DNA of 64,000 nucleotides from Halarcobacter sp. (GCA_048571215.1 CP182352.1:1120001-1184000); one strand, 5' to 3'; numbered from the stretch's first letter, positions 39,724-50,957 are shown. Made by a program: numbers and translations. Notes: a model not told the origin generated them from the letters alone.

Positions 39724-42700
39724 ATGAATTATAAAGAATTATATATTGTTGGTATAGGTGCAAGTGCAGGGGGATTTGAAGCTTTACAAAAGTTTTTATC
39801 AAAAATTCAAATGGATGATAATATATCTTATGTTATAACTCAACATTTAGATGCTAAAAGACCTACTTTATTGGGAGAACTTCTTAGTAAGTTTTCTGGC
39901 TTTCAAATTTCAGCTATTAAAGATGGTCAAAATATAGAGGGAAACCATATTTATTATTGTCCCGAAAATAAAAATCTAGAGATAAAAGATGGCAAATTTT
40001 TATTTTCAAATATTGAAAACAAACATTTTCCTAAACCCTCAATTAATAATTTTTTTGAATCTTTAGCTCAAGAAAAAAAAGAAAAAGCAATTGGTATTAT
40101 TTTGAGTGGTACCGGTACTGATGGCACTGAAGGTATTGTTGCCATTGCTAATGCTGGTGGTATTACTTTAACAGAAGATGAAGGAGCAAAATATTATTCT
40201 ATGCCAAAATCTTCTATAGATTCAGGAAAGGTTATAGCCTCACTTCCTCCTGAGATGTTAGCAGATGGAATTTTAAATATAATAAAAGATAGAAAATATT
40301 TCGAAAAACATTTTGAAATAGAGGATCACATAGAAAAAATATTTAATATATTAAAAGAAGAGACCTCTATAGATTTTAGTTCTTATAAGCATGCTACTGT
40401 GGAAAGAAGAATTAAAAAAAGGATAATTGAAAAAAAAGCTGATGGTGTTGATGAATATATTAAAATACTTTTAAGTGATGATGAAGAAGTTTCTAAACTT
40501 AAAGATGAACTTCTTATTGTTGTTACATCTTTCTTTAGGGATGAGGAGGCTTTTTTAGAACTAAAAATACACTTAACAGAACTAATCAGAAAAAAGCTTG
40601 ATAATCATATTAGAATTTGGATTACTGCATGTGCAACTGGTGAAGAGGCATATTCAATGGCAATATTAATTAGTGAGATATTTGAAGAATTAAATATTAC
40701 AAAAAAAGTAACTATTTTTGCAACAGATATTAGTGATAAGGTTATAACTGAATCTAGAAATAGAATCTTTAGAATTGAAGAGTTAGATGGGGTCCCTCCT
40801 GCTTTATTAAATAAATATTTTGAAAATACAAACAAACAATATAAGATAGTCAAAAAAATTAGAGATATGATAGTATTTTCTAAACATGATATTATAAAAG
40901 ACCCACCATTTTTAAACTTAGATATGATTAGTTGTAGAAATCTATTGATATATTTTAATACTGAACTACAAAAAAGAATTTTGAGTATTTTTTATTATTC
41001 ATTGAGATATGAGAGTATATTATTTCTTGGAAAAAGTGAAACTATAGGTACCTTGACTTCTTTATTTTCAATTGTTGATAATAAGTCTAAGATTTATAAA
41101 AAATTAAATGATTTAACTAAAATTGATATTGAAACATTAGCTTATGATAAGAGAAATTCAACATTTGTAAAAAATAAATATCAAAATAATCAAAATCAAA
41201 ACCTGATGGATATTGAATTTACAATTAATAAGGCAATAAGTGAAAGATATATCCAAAATGGAATAGTTGTTGATAATAACTATAATATATTGTTTTATAA
41301 AGGGAATTGTAAAGAGTTTTTACAACATCCTCAAGGTGTTCACACCAATGATTTATTTAGATTAATTGTAGATTTTTTACGACTTGATGTAAGAGCAACG
41401 ATAAATGAATCAAAAAAATCAAATATATTTGTATCCTCAAAAAAAATAAGAGTATTACCAATTTCAGAACCCAAAGAATATGTGATTATCAATGTATATC
41501 CTTTGGAAAAAAATAAATTAGGGGAAAATACATATTTTGTTTCATTTGATAAAATAACAGATATTGAATCAAGTATAAATAATGATAGTTTTGACCCAAT
41601 TGACCTTAATGATTCAGATTTAGGTGTACTTGAAGATGAATTACTAACATTAAAAGAGAGACTTCAAATCACCATTGAAGAGTTAGAAACATCAAATGAG
41701 GAGTTGCAAAGTACTAATGAAGAACTTCAAAGTACGAATGAAGAGTTGCAAAGTACTAACGAAGAACTTGAAACAAGTAATGAAGAACTTCAAAGTACAA
41801 ATGAAGAGTTACAAGCTGTTAATGATGAACTTAATAGTTCAAATTTAAAATTAGATTTTGCAAATAATGCCTTTAATAATGTATTGTCAAATCTTGGAGC
41901 ATATGTTGTAATACTTGATAATAGTTTAAATATTATTAAGTATACAGAGGGGATTGTTAAATTCTTTGATTTATCTAAAAATAAAGATAATAATTTTTCT
42001 ACAGCATTATTAAACTCTAATATTGAACTACCAAATCTTCTTGAAAATATAAAAGACTGTTTACGGTTAGGTACGGAAACAGCTTATGAAATTGAGTATG
42101 AAAATAGAAATTATTATTTTAGTATAAAAAGAATCAATTTATCTATGCTTCATGATAAAGATAATAACAAGGCAATTATTCTTAGTTTTATTGATAAAAC
42201 AGAATATATTGAACAAGATCGTTTGATTTTTCAGCAAGCAAAACTTGTTTCTATGGGAGAGATGATAAGTAATATATCTCATCAATGGAGACAACCTTTA
42301 AGTATGATTACAACCGTAGCAAGTGGATTGAAATTAAAATCAGAACTTGAAAATATTGATATAGATTTTATAACTGAAAATATGGATATTATTTTGAGTC
42401 AAGCCAAATACTTATCTGAAACAATTGATAATTTTAGAAATTTTATAAAAGAGAAAAGAGAGTTTAGTAATACAACAATAACAAAAGTGATTGATGAAAC
42501 TCTTAACTTGGTCGAAGCTTCATTAAAAAACAATTTTATTAGTATTGTTATAGATGCAAAAAAAGATATAGAAATTGATGCATCAACAAATGAACTTGTG
42601 GAAGCATTAATAAATTTGATAAATAATAGTAAAGATGCGCTTATTGAAAATGTAAAAGATGATAGTGATAGGTTTATTTTTATTACTACAAATTTAATTT

Positions 42701-42954
42701 CAAATGATTCCATTGAATTAAAAATCACAGATACAGCTGGTGGAATAAATGAAAAGATAATAAATAGAGTACTTGAACCTTATTTTACTACAAAACATGA
42801 ATCATTAGGAACAGGTCTTGGTCTAGCAATGGTTGATAAAATTGTTAGAGAAAGACATAATGGAAAAATAGAGATTTTTAATGAGGAGTTTGAGTATAAT
42901 AGCAAAACTTATAAGGGGGTTTCTTTTTCTTTAATATTTAAAGCTAAAAGCTGA
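39724..42954 (+). CDS. CheB methylesterase / CheR methyltransferase / PAS / histidine kinase hybrid
   Basis: GIGASAGG, ILSGTGTDG, VTSFFRD, CATGEEAYS, SCRNLLIY, EELQSTNEE repeats, HQWRQPL, PYFTTK..GTGLGL. Confidence 0.93.
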   Translation: MNYKELYIVGIGASAGGFEALQKFLSKIQMDDNISYVITQHLDAKRPTLLGELLSKFSGFQISAIKDGQNIEGNHIYYCPENKNLEIKDGKFLFSNIENKHFPKPSINNFFESLAQEKKEKAIGIILSGTGTDGTEGIVAIANAGGITLTEDEGAKYYSMPKSSIDSGKVIASLPPEMLADGILNIIKDRKYFEKHFEIEDHIEKIFNILKEETSIDFSSYKHATVERRIKKRIIEKKADGVDEYIKILLSDDEEVSKLKDELLIVVTSFFRDEEAFLELKIHLTELIRKKLDNHIRIWITACATGEEAYSMAILISEIFEELNITKKVTIFATDISDKVITESRNRIFRIEELDGVPPALLNKYFENTNKQYKIVKKIRDMIVFSKHDIIKDPPFLNLDMISCRNLLIYFNTELQKRILSIFYYSLRYESILFLGKSETIGTLTSLFSIVDNKSKIYKKLNDLTKIDIETLAYDKRNSTFVKNKYQNNQNQNLMDIEFTINKAISERYIQNGIVVDNNYNILFYKGNCKEFLQHPQGVHTNDLFRLIVDFLRLDVRATINESKKSNIFVSSKKIRVLPISEPKEYVIINVYPLEKNKLGENTYFVSFDKITDIESSINNDSFDPIDLNDSDLGVLEDELLTLKERLQITIEELETSNEELQSTNEELQSTNEELQSTNEELETSNEELQSTNEELQAVNDELNSSNLKLDFANNAFNNVLSNLGAYVVILDNSLNIIKYTEGIVKFFDLSKNKDNNFSTALLNSNIELPNLLENIKDCLRLGTETAYEIEYENRNYYFSIKRINLSMLHDKDNNKAIILSFIDKTEYIEQDRLIFQQAKLVSMGEMISNISHQWRQPLSMITTVASGLKLKSELENIDIDFITENMDIILSQAKYLSETIDNFRNFIKEKREFSNTTITKVIDETLNLVEASLKNNFISIVIDAKKDIEIDASTNELVEALINLINNSKDALIENVKDDSDRFIFITTNLISNDSIELKITDTAGGINEKIINRVLEPYFTTKHESLGTGLGLAMVDKIVRERHNGKIEIFNEEFEYNSKTYKGVSFSLIFKAKS

Positions 42955-43130
42955 TTTTCTAAAATATTAGAATAAAAAATTAAATAAAATAATAATTACT
43001 ATCTAAAAGTATAATATTAAATAATATTTAATATAAAATAAATATTCTATAAAATAGGAAGTTTATATACAATATTTATATACTTTAAGAAATTAATAAT
43101 TAAAATAGTACTAGAAAAGTATCATTTTTA

Positions 43131-43159
43131 TTGCAATAATAATTTTTTAGTGCTATAAT
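43131..43159 (+). promoter_or_regulatory. Sigma70 promoter upstream of the riboswitch
   Basis: TTGCAA-17 bp-TATAAT with an extended -10 TG. Confidence 0.7.
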
Positions 43160-43160
43160 T

Positions 43161-43250
43161 ATCTTGTAGAAATACATTTTGCCAAACCTAAAGCGATTTA
43201 GGGACGGAAAGCCACGAGTCTCACGAAGATAGTCGGGTTGCCAAGACAAT
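43161..43250 (+). ncRNA. c-di-GMP-I (GEMM-I) riboswitch
   Basis: GCCAAACCTAAA-GCGA-TTTAGGGACGGAAAGCCACGAGTCT...AGATAGTCGGGTTGCC: P2 with GNRA loop, AAAG junction, P3. Confidence 0.9.
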
Positions 43251-43313
43251 TATTATGTTTTGACTACATTGATCTTCATGGGCTTCTTAATTTTATAAAT
43301 AAAAGGAGAAGTC

Positions 43314-43547
43314 ATGTTTAGAATAACTTCAAAAATTAAGTTTTTAGGGAATACCTTTTTTATTTGGTCAATTCCATTTACAATATTTATATTAAATATT
43401 ATCAATCAAAGAGAAGTATTAAATATAAACTTATTGTTAGGGATAGTATTGGGTATATTTATAAATATCATATGGAAAATGATGTTTTTATTTTTAGAGA
43501 GCAATAAAATAAAAATGCACCATAGAAAATTTTATAAAATGATTTGA
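43314..43547 (+). CDS. Small two-TM membrane protein downstream of the riboswitch
   Basis: AAGGAG RBS; two hydrophobic segments; followed by a terminator. Confidence 0.65.
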   Translation: MFRITSKIKFLGNTFFIWSIPFTIFILNIINQREVLNINLLLGIVLGIFINIIWKMMFLFLESNKIKMHHRKFYKMI

Positions 43548-43552
43548 TTTTT

Positions 43553-43588
43553 AAAGGTAGGTTTATTGCAAATTGAGCCTACTTTTTT
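43553..43588 (+). terminator. Intrinsic terminator
   Basis: GTAGGTTTA..TGAGCCTAC hairpin followed by a T-run. Confidence 0.7.
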
Positions 43589-43677
43589 CTATATCCTTAA
43601 TTTCTATAATTAGTTGATACAAAATAAATTTTGTTTAGATTTAAAGAGTAAAATATTTTTATCTAAAAGGATAAATT

Positions 43678-43881
43678 ATGAATGTATCAGTTATAAACTC
43701 AAAAGACCAAGCTATACTTTCAGAGCATTTAGGCAATGATGCTAAAATTGTGAATATAGAGTATAGAGAAAATTTACACCTTGTAGAAATATTCTCCAAT
43801 GGGAATATATACAGAGCTTTTGGTACTAATAATAAAAAAGCTTTAGGTCATGCCATAAAGGCATATGTTAGATTTAATTAA
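43678..43881 (+). CDS. Hypothetical protein (67 aa)
   Basis: AAGGA RBS, ATG, protein-like composition. Confidence 0.55.
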   Translation: MNVSVINSKDQAILSEHLGNDAKIVNIEYRENLHLVEIFSNGNIYRAFGTNNKKALGHAIKAYVRFN

Positions 43882-44178
43882 TAAAACTATTTTTTTAAAT
43901 ACTGTTTAACTATATGCTTAACTAGAGAAACATTACTTTTATCTTTGCTATTTACTAGTATTGAAATTTTGTCTAATATTGTAGGTTCTAATGTTTTTGT
44001 TTCCATTTACTTTCCATTTTATTTAGATAAGGTTGTAGATGCAAAAATAGTTCCATAGATAAGCTTGTTTTGATTTTGTTATGAAATTTAAAATAGGGGA
44101 GTTTAAAATAAAGTAATCCCAGGGGGACTTAATCAAAATTTGATTTCATTACCAACTTGACGATTTCAAGTTTTTAAA

Positions 44179-44255
44179 TGGTGTCAAGAGAGAGACTTGA
44201 ACTCTCGACCTCCGGCTTATGAGACCAGCGCTCTAGCCAGCTGAGCTACCTTGAC
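44179..44255 (-). tRNA. tRNA with CAT anticodon (elongator Met; Ile2 not excluded)
   Basis: GTCAAGGTAGCTCAGCTGGCTAGAGCGCTGGTCTCATAAGCCGGAGGTCGAGAGTTCAAGTCTCTCTCTTGACACCA. Confidence 0.92.
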
Positions 44256-44277
44256 ATTTTGAGATCATAATTTTGAT

Positions 44278-44354
<77 letters not shown>

Positions 44355-44372
44355 TCTTGAAATCTTAAAAAG

Positions 44373-44447
44373 TGGATGGGGTAGCAGGATTCGAACCTGC
44401 GAATGACGGCACCAAAAGCCGTTGCCTTACCGCTTGGCGATACCCCA
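44373..44447 (-). tRNA. tRNA-Gln (TTG)
   Basis: TGGGGTATCGCCAAGCGGTAAGGCAACGGCTTTTGGTGCCGTC...TACCCCATCCA; U1-A72 pair. Confidence 0.95.
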
Positions 44448-44464
44448 ACTTTTTAAGTGCCGAA

Positions 44465-44493
44465 ATTATAGTAAAAAATCCAAAAGTTGTCAA
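44465..44493 (-). promoter_or_regulatory. Consensus sigma70 promoter of the tRNA operon
   Basis: Minus strand TTGACA-17 bp-TATAAT. Confidence 0.85.
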
Positions 44494-44562
44494 GGGTTTT
44501 TAGAATAAATTTTGAAAGTTTTGATATAATAAAATAAATATAATATAGAGAAAAGTGATACA

Positions 44563-45594
44563 ATGAATGCAATAGAAAGAGTAAAAAAAGCGATAGAAGA
44601 GATACAAAAAGGTAATATGGTTATTATGTTAGATGATGAGGATAGAGAAAATGAAGGTGATTTAGTCTATTCAGCAGCTTTAAGCACACCACAAAAAGTT
44701 AATTTTATGGCAACACATGCTAAAGGGTTGATTTGTGTATCTGTTACTAGTAAAACTGCACATAGATTGGGTTTAAACCCTATGGTTTCTTCAAATACTT
44801 CATCTTATGAGACTGCCTTTACTGTTTCAGTTGATGCCACTAGTGCTGCGACGGGGATTAGTGCAGGGGAAAGAGATGATACAATTAAAATCTTAGCAAA
44901 TCCTATCTCAAATGAGCAAGAATTAGTAAAACCAGGACATATCTTTCCTTTGATAGCAAAAGATGGGGGAGTTTTAGTTAGAACGGGTCATACAGAGGGT
45001 TCTGTTGATTTATGTAAACTTGCTGGTCTAAATGGGGAAGCTGTTATTTGTGAAATTATGAAAGAAGATGGAACAATGGCAAGGCGAGATGATTTAGATA
45101 TATTTGCTCAAAAACATAATTTAAAACAAATATATATATCTGATTTGGTAGAATATAGGTTATCTCATGAAAATCTTGTTGATGAAATAGATGCTGCAGA
45201 AACAACATTTTTTAATACCCCTACAATTAAAAGAGAGTTTAAAGATCATTTAGGACATATTCATACTATAATTCAATTTGGAGAGCTAAAAGAGATTACC
45301 CATGTTAAATTCCATACAATCATTCCTGATTTAAACCTATTTTTAAATGATGAAAAACTTCACTCTATGCTTAAAACAATAAATTTTTTACAAGCAAAAG
45401 GTGGAGTATTGATTTTCTTAAGTGATGATATGTCTCATAAAGAATCTAAAAAAGATTATGGAATTGGTGCACAAATTTTAAATTGTCTAGATATTAAAAA
45501 AATAAAACTAATGACAAGTGGAGGAAAACACTCTTTTGTTGGTTTAAATGGTTTTGGTTTAGAAATAGTAGAAGAGATACAAATAGAGTGCTGA
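44563..45594 (+). CDS. ribB: 3,4-dihydroxy-2-butanone 4-phosphate synthase fused to a degenerate GTP cyclohydrolase II-like domain
   Basis: DDEDRENEGD, FTVSVDA..TGISA, PGHIFPL, RTGHTEG; C-terminal domain has DYGIGAQIL but lacks the Zn-binding Cys residues. Confidence 0.93.
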   Translation: MNAIERVKKAIEEIQKGNMVIMLDDEDRENEGDLVYSAALSTPQKVNFMATHAKGLICVSVTSKTAHRLGLNPMVSSNTSSYETAFTVSVDATSAATGISAGERDDTIKILANPISNEQELVKPGHIFPLIAKDGGVLVRTGHTEGSVDLCKLAGLNGEAVICEIMKEDGTMARRDDLDIFAQKHNLKQIYISDLVEYRLSHENLVDEIDAAETTFFNTPTIKREFKDHLGHIHTIIQFGELKEITHVKFHTIIPDLNLFLNDEKLHSMLKTINFLQAKGGVLIFLSDDMSHKESKKDYGIGAQILNCLDIKKIKLMTSGGKHSFVGLNGFGLEIVEEIQIEC

Positions 45595-45611
45595 TATAAA
45601 GTAGGGTAGTG

Positions 45612-46106
45612 TTAAACTATCCCTACAGCTTTTTTAACTAAATCTATAGATTTTTCTAGTTTTTGTATATATTCATTTACAATTTGTTCATTTTGTTTGT
45701 AATATTTTGATTCTTTAATAGTTTCAATTTTTTCTTCAAGCCTATATATAGCTGCATTTCTCATCTCAGTATCTTCAATACTTAAATATTTTGTTGGGTC
45801 TTGATTTATAAGCCTTTTAAGTCTATATTCAAATAGATATTTATTGTCACTATCTTCATCAAAATATTTACACAAAGCCTCATATATCTCATCATTTGAT
45901 GACATAAATTGATTATAAATTACATTTGCATAATCATTTAGATATTTATCATAGTTATTATAATCTATAAAAAACTCTTTTAATTTATCTTCATTTATAG
46001 AATCTTCTTTTATATTATAAACTTTTTCAAGCATATGTATGGCGCTAAAGTGTACTATTTTAGACTCTCTTTTCTCTAAATTTGTTAAAAATTGTGATAA
46101 TTTCAT
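45612..46106 (-). CDS. Hypothetical protein
   Basis: 164-aa ORF with AAAGG RBS. Confidence 0.7.
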   Translation of the reverse strand: MKLSQFLTNLEKRESKIVHFSAIHMLEKVYNIKEDSINEDKLKEFFIDYNNYDKYLNDYANVIYNQFMSSNDEIYEALCKYFDEDSDNKYLFEYRLKRLINQDPTKYLSIEDTEMRNAAIYRLEEKIETIKESKYYKQNEQIVNEYIQKLEKSIDLVKKAVGIV

Positions 46107-46123
46107 TTATACCTTTCTAAAAT

Positions 46124-46159
46124 AAAAAAAGGAGTGAAATTAAATTCCACTCCTTTTTT
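46124..46159 (-). terminator. Intrinsic terminator after pckA (possibly bidirectional)
   Basis: AAAAAAAGGAGTG...CACTCCTTTTTT inverted repeat. Confidence 0.8.
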
Positions 46160-46184
46160 GTAAACTTAAATTAAATAAAATTTA

Positions 46185-47762
46185 TTATAATTTTGGACCT
46201 GCTGCTGTGAAATCATAGTCACTTTCCAAAGTAAGATACTTTTTGAAATTATCTATGTACATTCCTGCAAGTTTTATAGCAGTCTCATCATAAGACTCTT
46301 TATCTTCCCACGTATTTCTAGGGTTTAATACTTCCGTATCAACACCTTTTAATGTTTTTGGAATTTGTAAATTAAATATAGGCAATGTTTCAAATCTTGA
46401 TTCATTTATAGAACCATCTAAAATACCATTGATACAAGCCCTTGTATTTTTAATACTCATTCTTGAACCAATTCCATATGGACCACCAGTCCATCCAGTA
46501 TTTACTAGATATACATTTACATTGTGTTCGTCAATTTTTTCCCCTAATAGTTCTGCATAAACTGTAGGGTTTAGTGGTAAAAATGCTTCACCAAAGCATG
46601 AACTAAAGGTTGCAACTGGTTCAGTGATACCCCTTTCAGTTCCTGCAACTTTTGCAGTATAACCACTTAAAAAGTAATACATCGCTTGTCTTTTATCAAG
46701 TTTTGATACAGGAGGTAAAACACCAAAGGCATCAGCACATAAAAAGATAATATTTTTTGGATGACCACCTCTCATACTTGGAGTATGATTAGGGATATGA
46801 TCAATTGGGTAAGAAACTCTTGTATTCTCAGTTTTCGAATTATCATCATAATCAACAACACCATTCTCATCAGCTACAACATTTTCTAAAATTGCACCTT
46901 TTTTAATAGCATTGAAGATATCTGGTTCTGAGTTAGCATCTAAGTTGATAACTTTTGCGTAACATCCACCTTCAAAGTTGAAAATCCCTTTATCATCCCA
47001 ACCATGTTCATCATCACCAATTAAAGCTCTATTTGGATCTGTAGATAGTGTAGTTTTTCCTGTTCCTGATAGTCCAAAGAATAGTGCAGTATCACCATCT
47101 TTTCCTATATTAGCAGAGCAGTGCATAGATAATTTACCCTCTATTGGAAGCCAGTAGTTCATCATAGAAAAAACACCTTTTTTCATCTCACCAGCATACC
47201 AAGTACCACCAATAAGTGCTAAGTTGTCTTCCACATTAAACACTACATAAACTTCTGAATGTAATCCATGACTAGCATATGCCATATCTACAGTTTTACA
47301 AGCATTATAGATTGTAAATTCAGGTTCAAAATTTTCTAAATCTTCTTCAGGTGGAACAATAAACATATTTTTAATAAAGTGTGCCTGCCAAGCAATCTCA
47401 GTAATAAATCTAACTGATTTTCTACTATCTAAAGATGATCCACAGTATACATCTGTAACATATAAATCTTTATTACTTAACTGTTTTTTTGAAGTTACAA
47501 ATAAATCTTCAAAAACTTGTTTAGATACTTTTCTGTTTATATCTCCCCATGCAATGAACTTATTTGATGGATCTTGATTTACAAAAAATTTATCCTTTGG
47601 ACTTCTTCCTGTAAATATTCCAGTATCAATCATTAATGCACCAGTAGAAGAGACTTTTGCCCCTTCATTTTTAACTGCATGATCTATTAATGTATCTACA
47701 TCAAGATTTCTATATACTGTACCTACGTTTTGTAAACCTAGTTCGTCTTTAATTTCAGACAT
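46185..47762 (-). CDS. pckA: Phosphoenolpyruvate carboxykinase (ATP)
   Basis: [40 protein letters not shown]. Confidence 0.98.
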   Translation of the reverse strand: MSEIKDELGLQNVGTVYRNLDVDTLIDHAVKNEGAKVSSTGALMIDTGIFTGRSPKDKFFVNQDPSNKFIAWGDINRKVSKQVFEDLFVTSKKQLSNKDLYVTDVYCGSSLDSRKSVRFITEIAWQAHFIKNMFIVPPEEDLENFEPEFTIYNACKTVDMAYASHGLHSEVYVVFNVEDNLALIGGTWYAGEMKKGVFSMMNYWLPIEGKLSMHCSANIGKDGDTALFFGLSGTGKTTLSTDPNRALIGDDEHGWDDKGIFNFEGGCYAKVINLDANSEPDIFNAIKKGAILENVVADENGVVDYDDNSKTENTRVSYPIDHIPNHTPSMRGGHPKNIIFLCADAFGVLPPVSKLDKRQAMYYFLSGYTAKVAGTERGITEPVATFSSCFGEAFLPLNPTVYAELLGEKIDEHNVNVYLVNTGWTGGPYGIGSRMSIKNTRACINGILDGSINESRFETLPIFNLQIPKTLKGVDTEVLNPRNTWEDKESYDETAIKLAGMYIDNFKKYLTLESDYDFTAAGPKL

Positions 47763-47782
47763 TTCTTTCCCTATATTGCAAA

Positions 47783-49111
47783 TTATTTAAAAATTGATAA
47801 AAGTACACCAGCAGCAACGGCAGAACCGATAACTCCAGCAACATTTGGACCCATCGCATGCATTAATAATACATTTGATTTATCATACTCTTGTCCAACT
47901 TTACTAACAACTCTTGCTGCCATTGGAACAGCTGATACTCCAGCTGCACCAATAAGTGGATTAACTTTACTCTCTTCTGAAGAGAATTTATTCATAAGTT
48001 TTGCCATAAGTACACCAGCTGCAGTACCTGCAGAAAATGCAATTAAACCAATAACCATGATTCCTAAACTCTCTAATACTAAAAACTTATCAGCTGCCAA
48101 TTTAGAACCAACTCCTAATCCTAGGAAAATTGTTACTACATTGATCAATGAATTTTGCATTGTATCAGAAAGTCTCTCAACAACTCCTGATTGTTTTAAG
48201 AAATTTCCAAATGCAAATGCTCCAATAAGTGGTGTAGACTCTGGTAAGAACATTACTGCTAAAAATAAAATTAAGATTGGTAAGAAAAGATTTTCAAGTT
48301 TATGAACTTTTCTTAGTTTTGGCATTTTAATTTTTCTCTCTGCTTCTGTTGTTAAAGCTTTCATAATTGGAGGTTGAATTACTGGTACTAGTGCCATATA
48401 AGAGTATGCCGCAACAGCAATTGCTCCTAGCATTTCAGGTGCTAATCTATTTGCAATAAAAATAGATGTGGGACCATCTGCTCCACCAATAATAGATATA
48501 GCAGATGCACTTTGTAAATCAAAGCCAATAGCAACAGCTCCAACAAGTGAACCAAAAATTCCAAATTGTGCTGCACCACCTAAGATTGCTGATTTAGGAT
48601 TTGCTAAAAGTGGAGAGAAGTCGGTCATAGCTCCCACCCCCATAAATATTAGAAGTGGAAAAAATTCATTTGCAATCCCCATATTGTAAATAATACCAAG
48701 CATACCATGAGGTCCACCCATATTTGCTAGAGGGATATTTGCCAATAAACCTCCAAATGCAATTGGGAGTAGTAGTAATGGTTCAAAGCCTTTAGCAATA
48801 GCAAGATAAAATAGTATTAATACTATACCAAACATAATTATTCTTCCCCAGCTTTGTTCAAAATGACTCATTGGTCTTGAATGTTCTGGGTTTGGTTCTG
48901 CTGTCATTACATCATCACTTGGATTTATTATGGCATTTATACCAGTGGTTTCATAAAACGAAACCATTAGTTGTGAAATTGATTTTGGTTTATACTCATG
49001 TTTAACTTCAGTTGTTGCCTCTGTTGATTCATGTGCATCATTAGCAAATAAATTTGTACTAAAAAATGCAAAAAATAGAATCAATATAGAGGCTATAATT
49101 TTTTTGTTCAT
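47783..49111 (-). CDS. oadB: Na+-translocating decarboxylase subunit beta
   Basis: [55 protein letters not shown]. Confidence 0.96.
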   Translation of the reverse strand: MNKKIIASILILFFAFFSTNLFANDAHESTEATTEVKHEYKPKSISQLMVSFYETTGINAIINPSDDVMTAEPNPEHSRPMSHFEQSWGRIIMFGIVLILFYLAIAKGFEPLLLLPIAFGGLLANIPLANMGGPHGMLGIIYNMGIANEFFPLLIFMGVGAMTDFSPLLANPKSAILGGAAQFGIFGSLVGAVAIGFDLQSASAISIIGGADGPTSIFIANRLAPEMLGAIAVAAYSYMALVPVIQPPIMKALTTEAERKIKMPKLRKVHKLENLFLPILILFLAVMFLPESTPLIGAFAFGNFLKQSGVVERLSDTMQNSLINVVTIFLGLGVGSKLAADKFLVLESLGIMVIGLIAFSAGTAAGVLMAKLMNKFSSEESKVNPLIGAAGVSAVPMAARVVSKVGQEYDKSNVLLMHAMGPNVAGVIGSAVAAGVLLSIFK

Positions 49112-49134
49112 TAAATTACTCCAAATTTTTTAGA

Positions 49135-50952
49135 TTAGCTAATTGTAGCTATTGCTTGACCCTCTTCAACAGCATCACTAGGATTTGCTAGTATTGCTGA
49201 AATAGTACCACTACATGGAGCCTCTACATCAATTTCCATTTTCATTGCTTCTAAAATAGCAATAACTTGACCCTCTTCAACTTTATCACCAACTTTTACA
49301 AGTACTTTCCAAATATTTCCACTAACTGTTGCACCAACTTCTGCTCCACCTGTAGATGCTGATGGTGTTGGGCTTGCAGGTGCTGTATTATCAGCTACTG
49401 GTGTTACTTGAATATCAGCATTTCCCTCTGCTACTGTTACATTAAATTTTTGACCATCTACAACTACTGTGTAGTTTCCTGTTGCGTTACTCATAACTTT
49501 ATCTTCTCCTATTACACATTCTTTATCGTTTTCACAAGCTTTATCTTCTACTTTTCTAACATTTAAAGGGCTTTCACCTTTTAAGAAAGAAATACCTTTT
49601 TCATCACAAGCAGCAGCTATAAAAATATTTTCTTCAGTTGCTTCAATATTCTCTTCTTTTAATCTATTTTCCCAATAAACAAAAGTCTTTTTCTCATCTC
49701 TATCAGCAATATCAAGAGGATTTTCTTTTGTTGGTTCTAATTTTAGTTTTTCAGAAGCTAGTTTTACAATCTCTGCATCTGGTTCAACTGGTGTTTTACC
49801 AAAATAACCAAGTACCATTTTTCCATAACCTGGAGCTATTTGTTTCCATGGACCAAACATTACATTTGCATAAGCTTGTTGCCAATAAAATTGTGAAACA
49901 GGAGTTACAGAAGTTCCATAACCACCTCTTTCAACAACTTCTCTCATAGCTTTTATAACTTCTGGAAATTTATCTAATGTACCATTATCTCTCATCATTT
50001 GAGTATTAGCTGTTAAAGCTCCACCTGGCATAGGTGAAAAAGGTATCAATGGTGAAACCTGTGTTGCTTCAGGTGGCATAAAATAGTCTTTTAATTGGTC
50101 ATTTAATACCTCTTGATATTTTAAGATTTTTTCAATCTCTAATCCACCTAAGTCATAATTCATACCTTTAACTGCATGCATCATAGTTAGGATATCAGGT
50201 TGTGATGTACCACCTGATACTGGTGAAGCTGCTAGGTCAATACCATCTGCTCCTGCATCTAATGCTGCTAAATAACAAGCAATAGAAACACCAGCAGTTT
50301 CATGGGTATGAAGTCTTATATGAGTATCATTACCAACTAATTTTCTCGCCATTTTAATAGTATCAAATACTTTTTGTGGTGAAGAAGTTCCTGAAGCATC
50401 TTTAAAGGCAATAGAATCAAATGGAAGTCCACTATCTAAAATATTTCTTAATGTTTTTTCATAAAAAGGAACATCATGTGCACCTTCACAACCTGGAGGT
50501 AAATCCATTAAAGTTACAACAACTTCATGGTTTAATCCATATTTTTTAATACATTCAGCAGAATATTCTAAATTTTGAACATCATTTAGTGCATCAAAGT
50601 TTCTAATTGTAGAAACTCCGTGTTTAGCAAACATCTTTGCATGCATCTCTACAAGTTCTCTTGAACCTGTATCAAGCATAACAGTATTGATACCTCTAGC
50701 TAAAGTTTGTAGATTAGCATCTGGTCCAACAATCTCTCTAAACTTATCCATCATCTCAAAAGCATTTTCTTGTAGATAGAAGAATAGTGATTGAAATCTT
50801 GCTCCTCCACCAAACTCAAAATGTGTGATACCAGCATCTTTCGCAGCTTCTACAGCTGGAAAGAAATCTTCCATTAAAACTCTACCTCCAAAGACAGATT
50901 GAAATCCATCTCTAAATGTAGTATCCATGACGTCAATATATTTTTTAGCCAT
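49135..50952 (-). CDS. oadA: Oxaloacetate decarboxylase alpha / carboxyltransferase with biotinyl domain
   Basis: DTTFRDGFQS, LHTHET, MPGG, VTPVSQ, EAMKM; lies between gamma and beta subunit genes. Confidence 0.9.
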   Translation of the reverse strand: MAKKYIDVMDTTFRDGFQSVFGGRVLMEDFFPAVEAAKDAGITHFEFGGGARFQSLFFYLQENAFEMMDKFREIVGPDANLQTLARGINTVMLDTGSRELVEMHAKMFAKHGVSTIRNFDALNDVQNLEYSAECIKKYGLNHEVVVTLMDLPPGCEGAHDVPFYEKTLRNILDSGLPFDSIAFKDASGTSSPQKVFDTIKMARKLVGNDTHIRLHTHETAGVSIACYLAALDAGADGIDLAASPVSGGTSQPDILTMMHAVKGMNYDLGGLEIEKILKYQEVLNDQLKDYFMPPEATQVSPLIPFSPMPGGALTANTQMMRDNGTLDKFPEVIKAMREVVERGGYGTSVTPVSQFYWQQAYANVMFGPWKQIAPGYGKMVLGYFGKTPVEPDAEIVKLASEKLKLEPTKENPLDIADRDEKKTFVYWENRLKEENIEATEENIFIAAACDEKGISFLKGESPLNVRKVEDKACENDKECVIGEDKVMSNATGNYTVVVDGQKFNVTVAEGNADIQVTPVADNTAPASPTPSASTGGAEVGATVSGNIWKVLVKVGDKVEEGQVIAILEAMKMEIDVEAPCSGTISAILANPSDAVEEGQAIATIS

Positions 50953-50957
50953 TAAAA

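Noticed and set aside
41690..41830. CRISPR-like or tandem DNA repeat
   Set aside because: Coding heptad repeats (EELQSTN) typical of CheB/CheR hybrids; no spacers and no cas genes
45170..45594. Degenerate GTP cyclohydrolase II domain as a novelty
   Set aside because: RibB fused to an inactive RibA-like domain is a known, widespread arrangement
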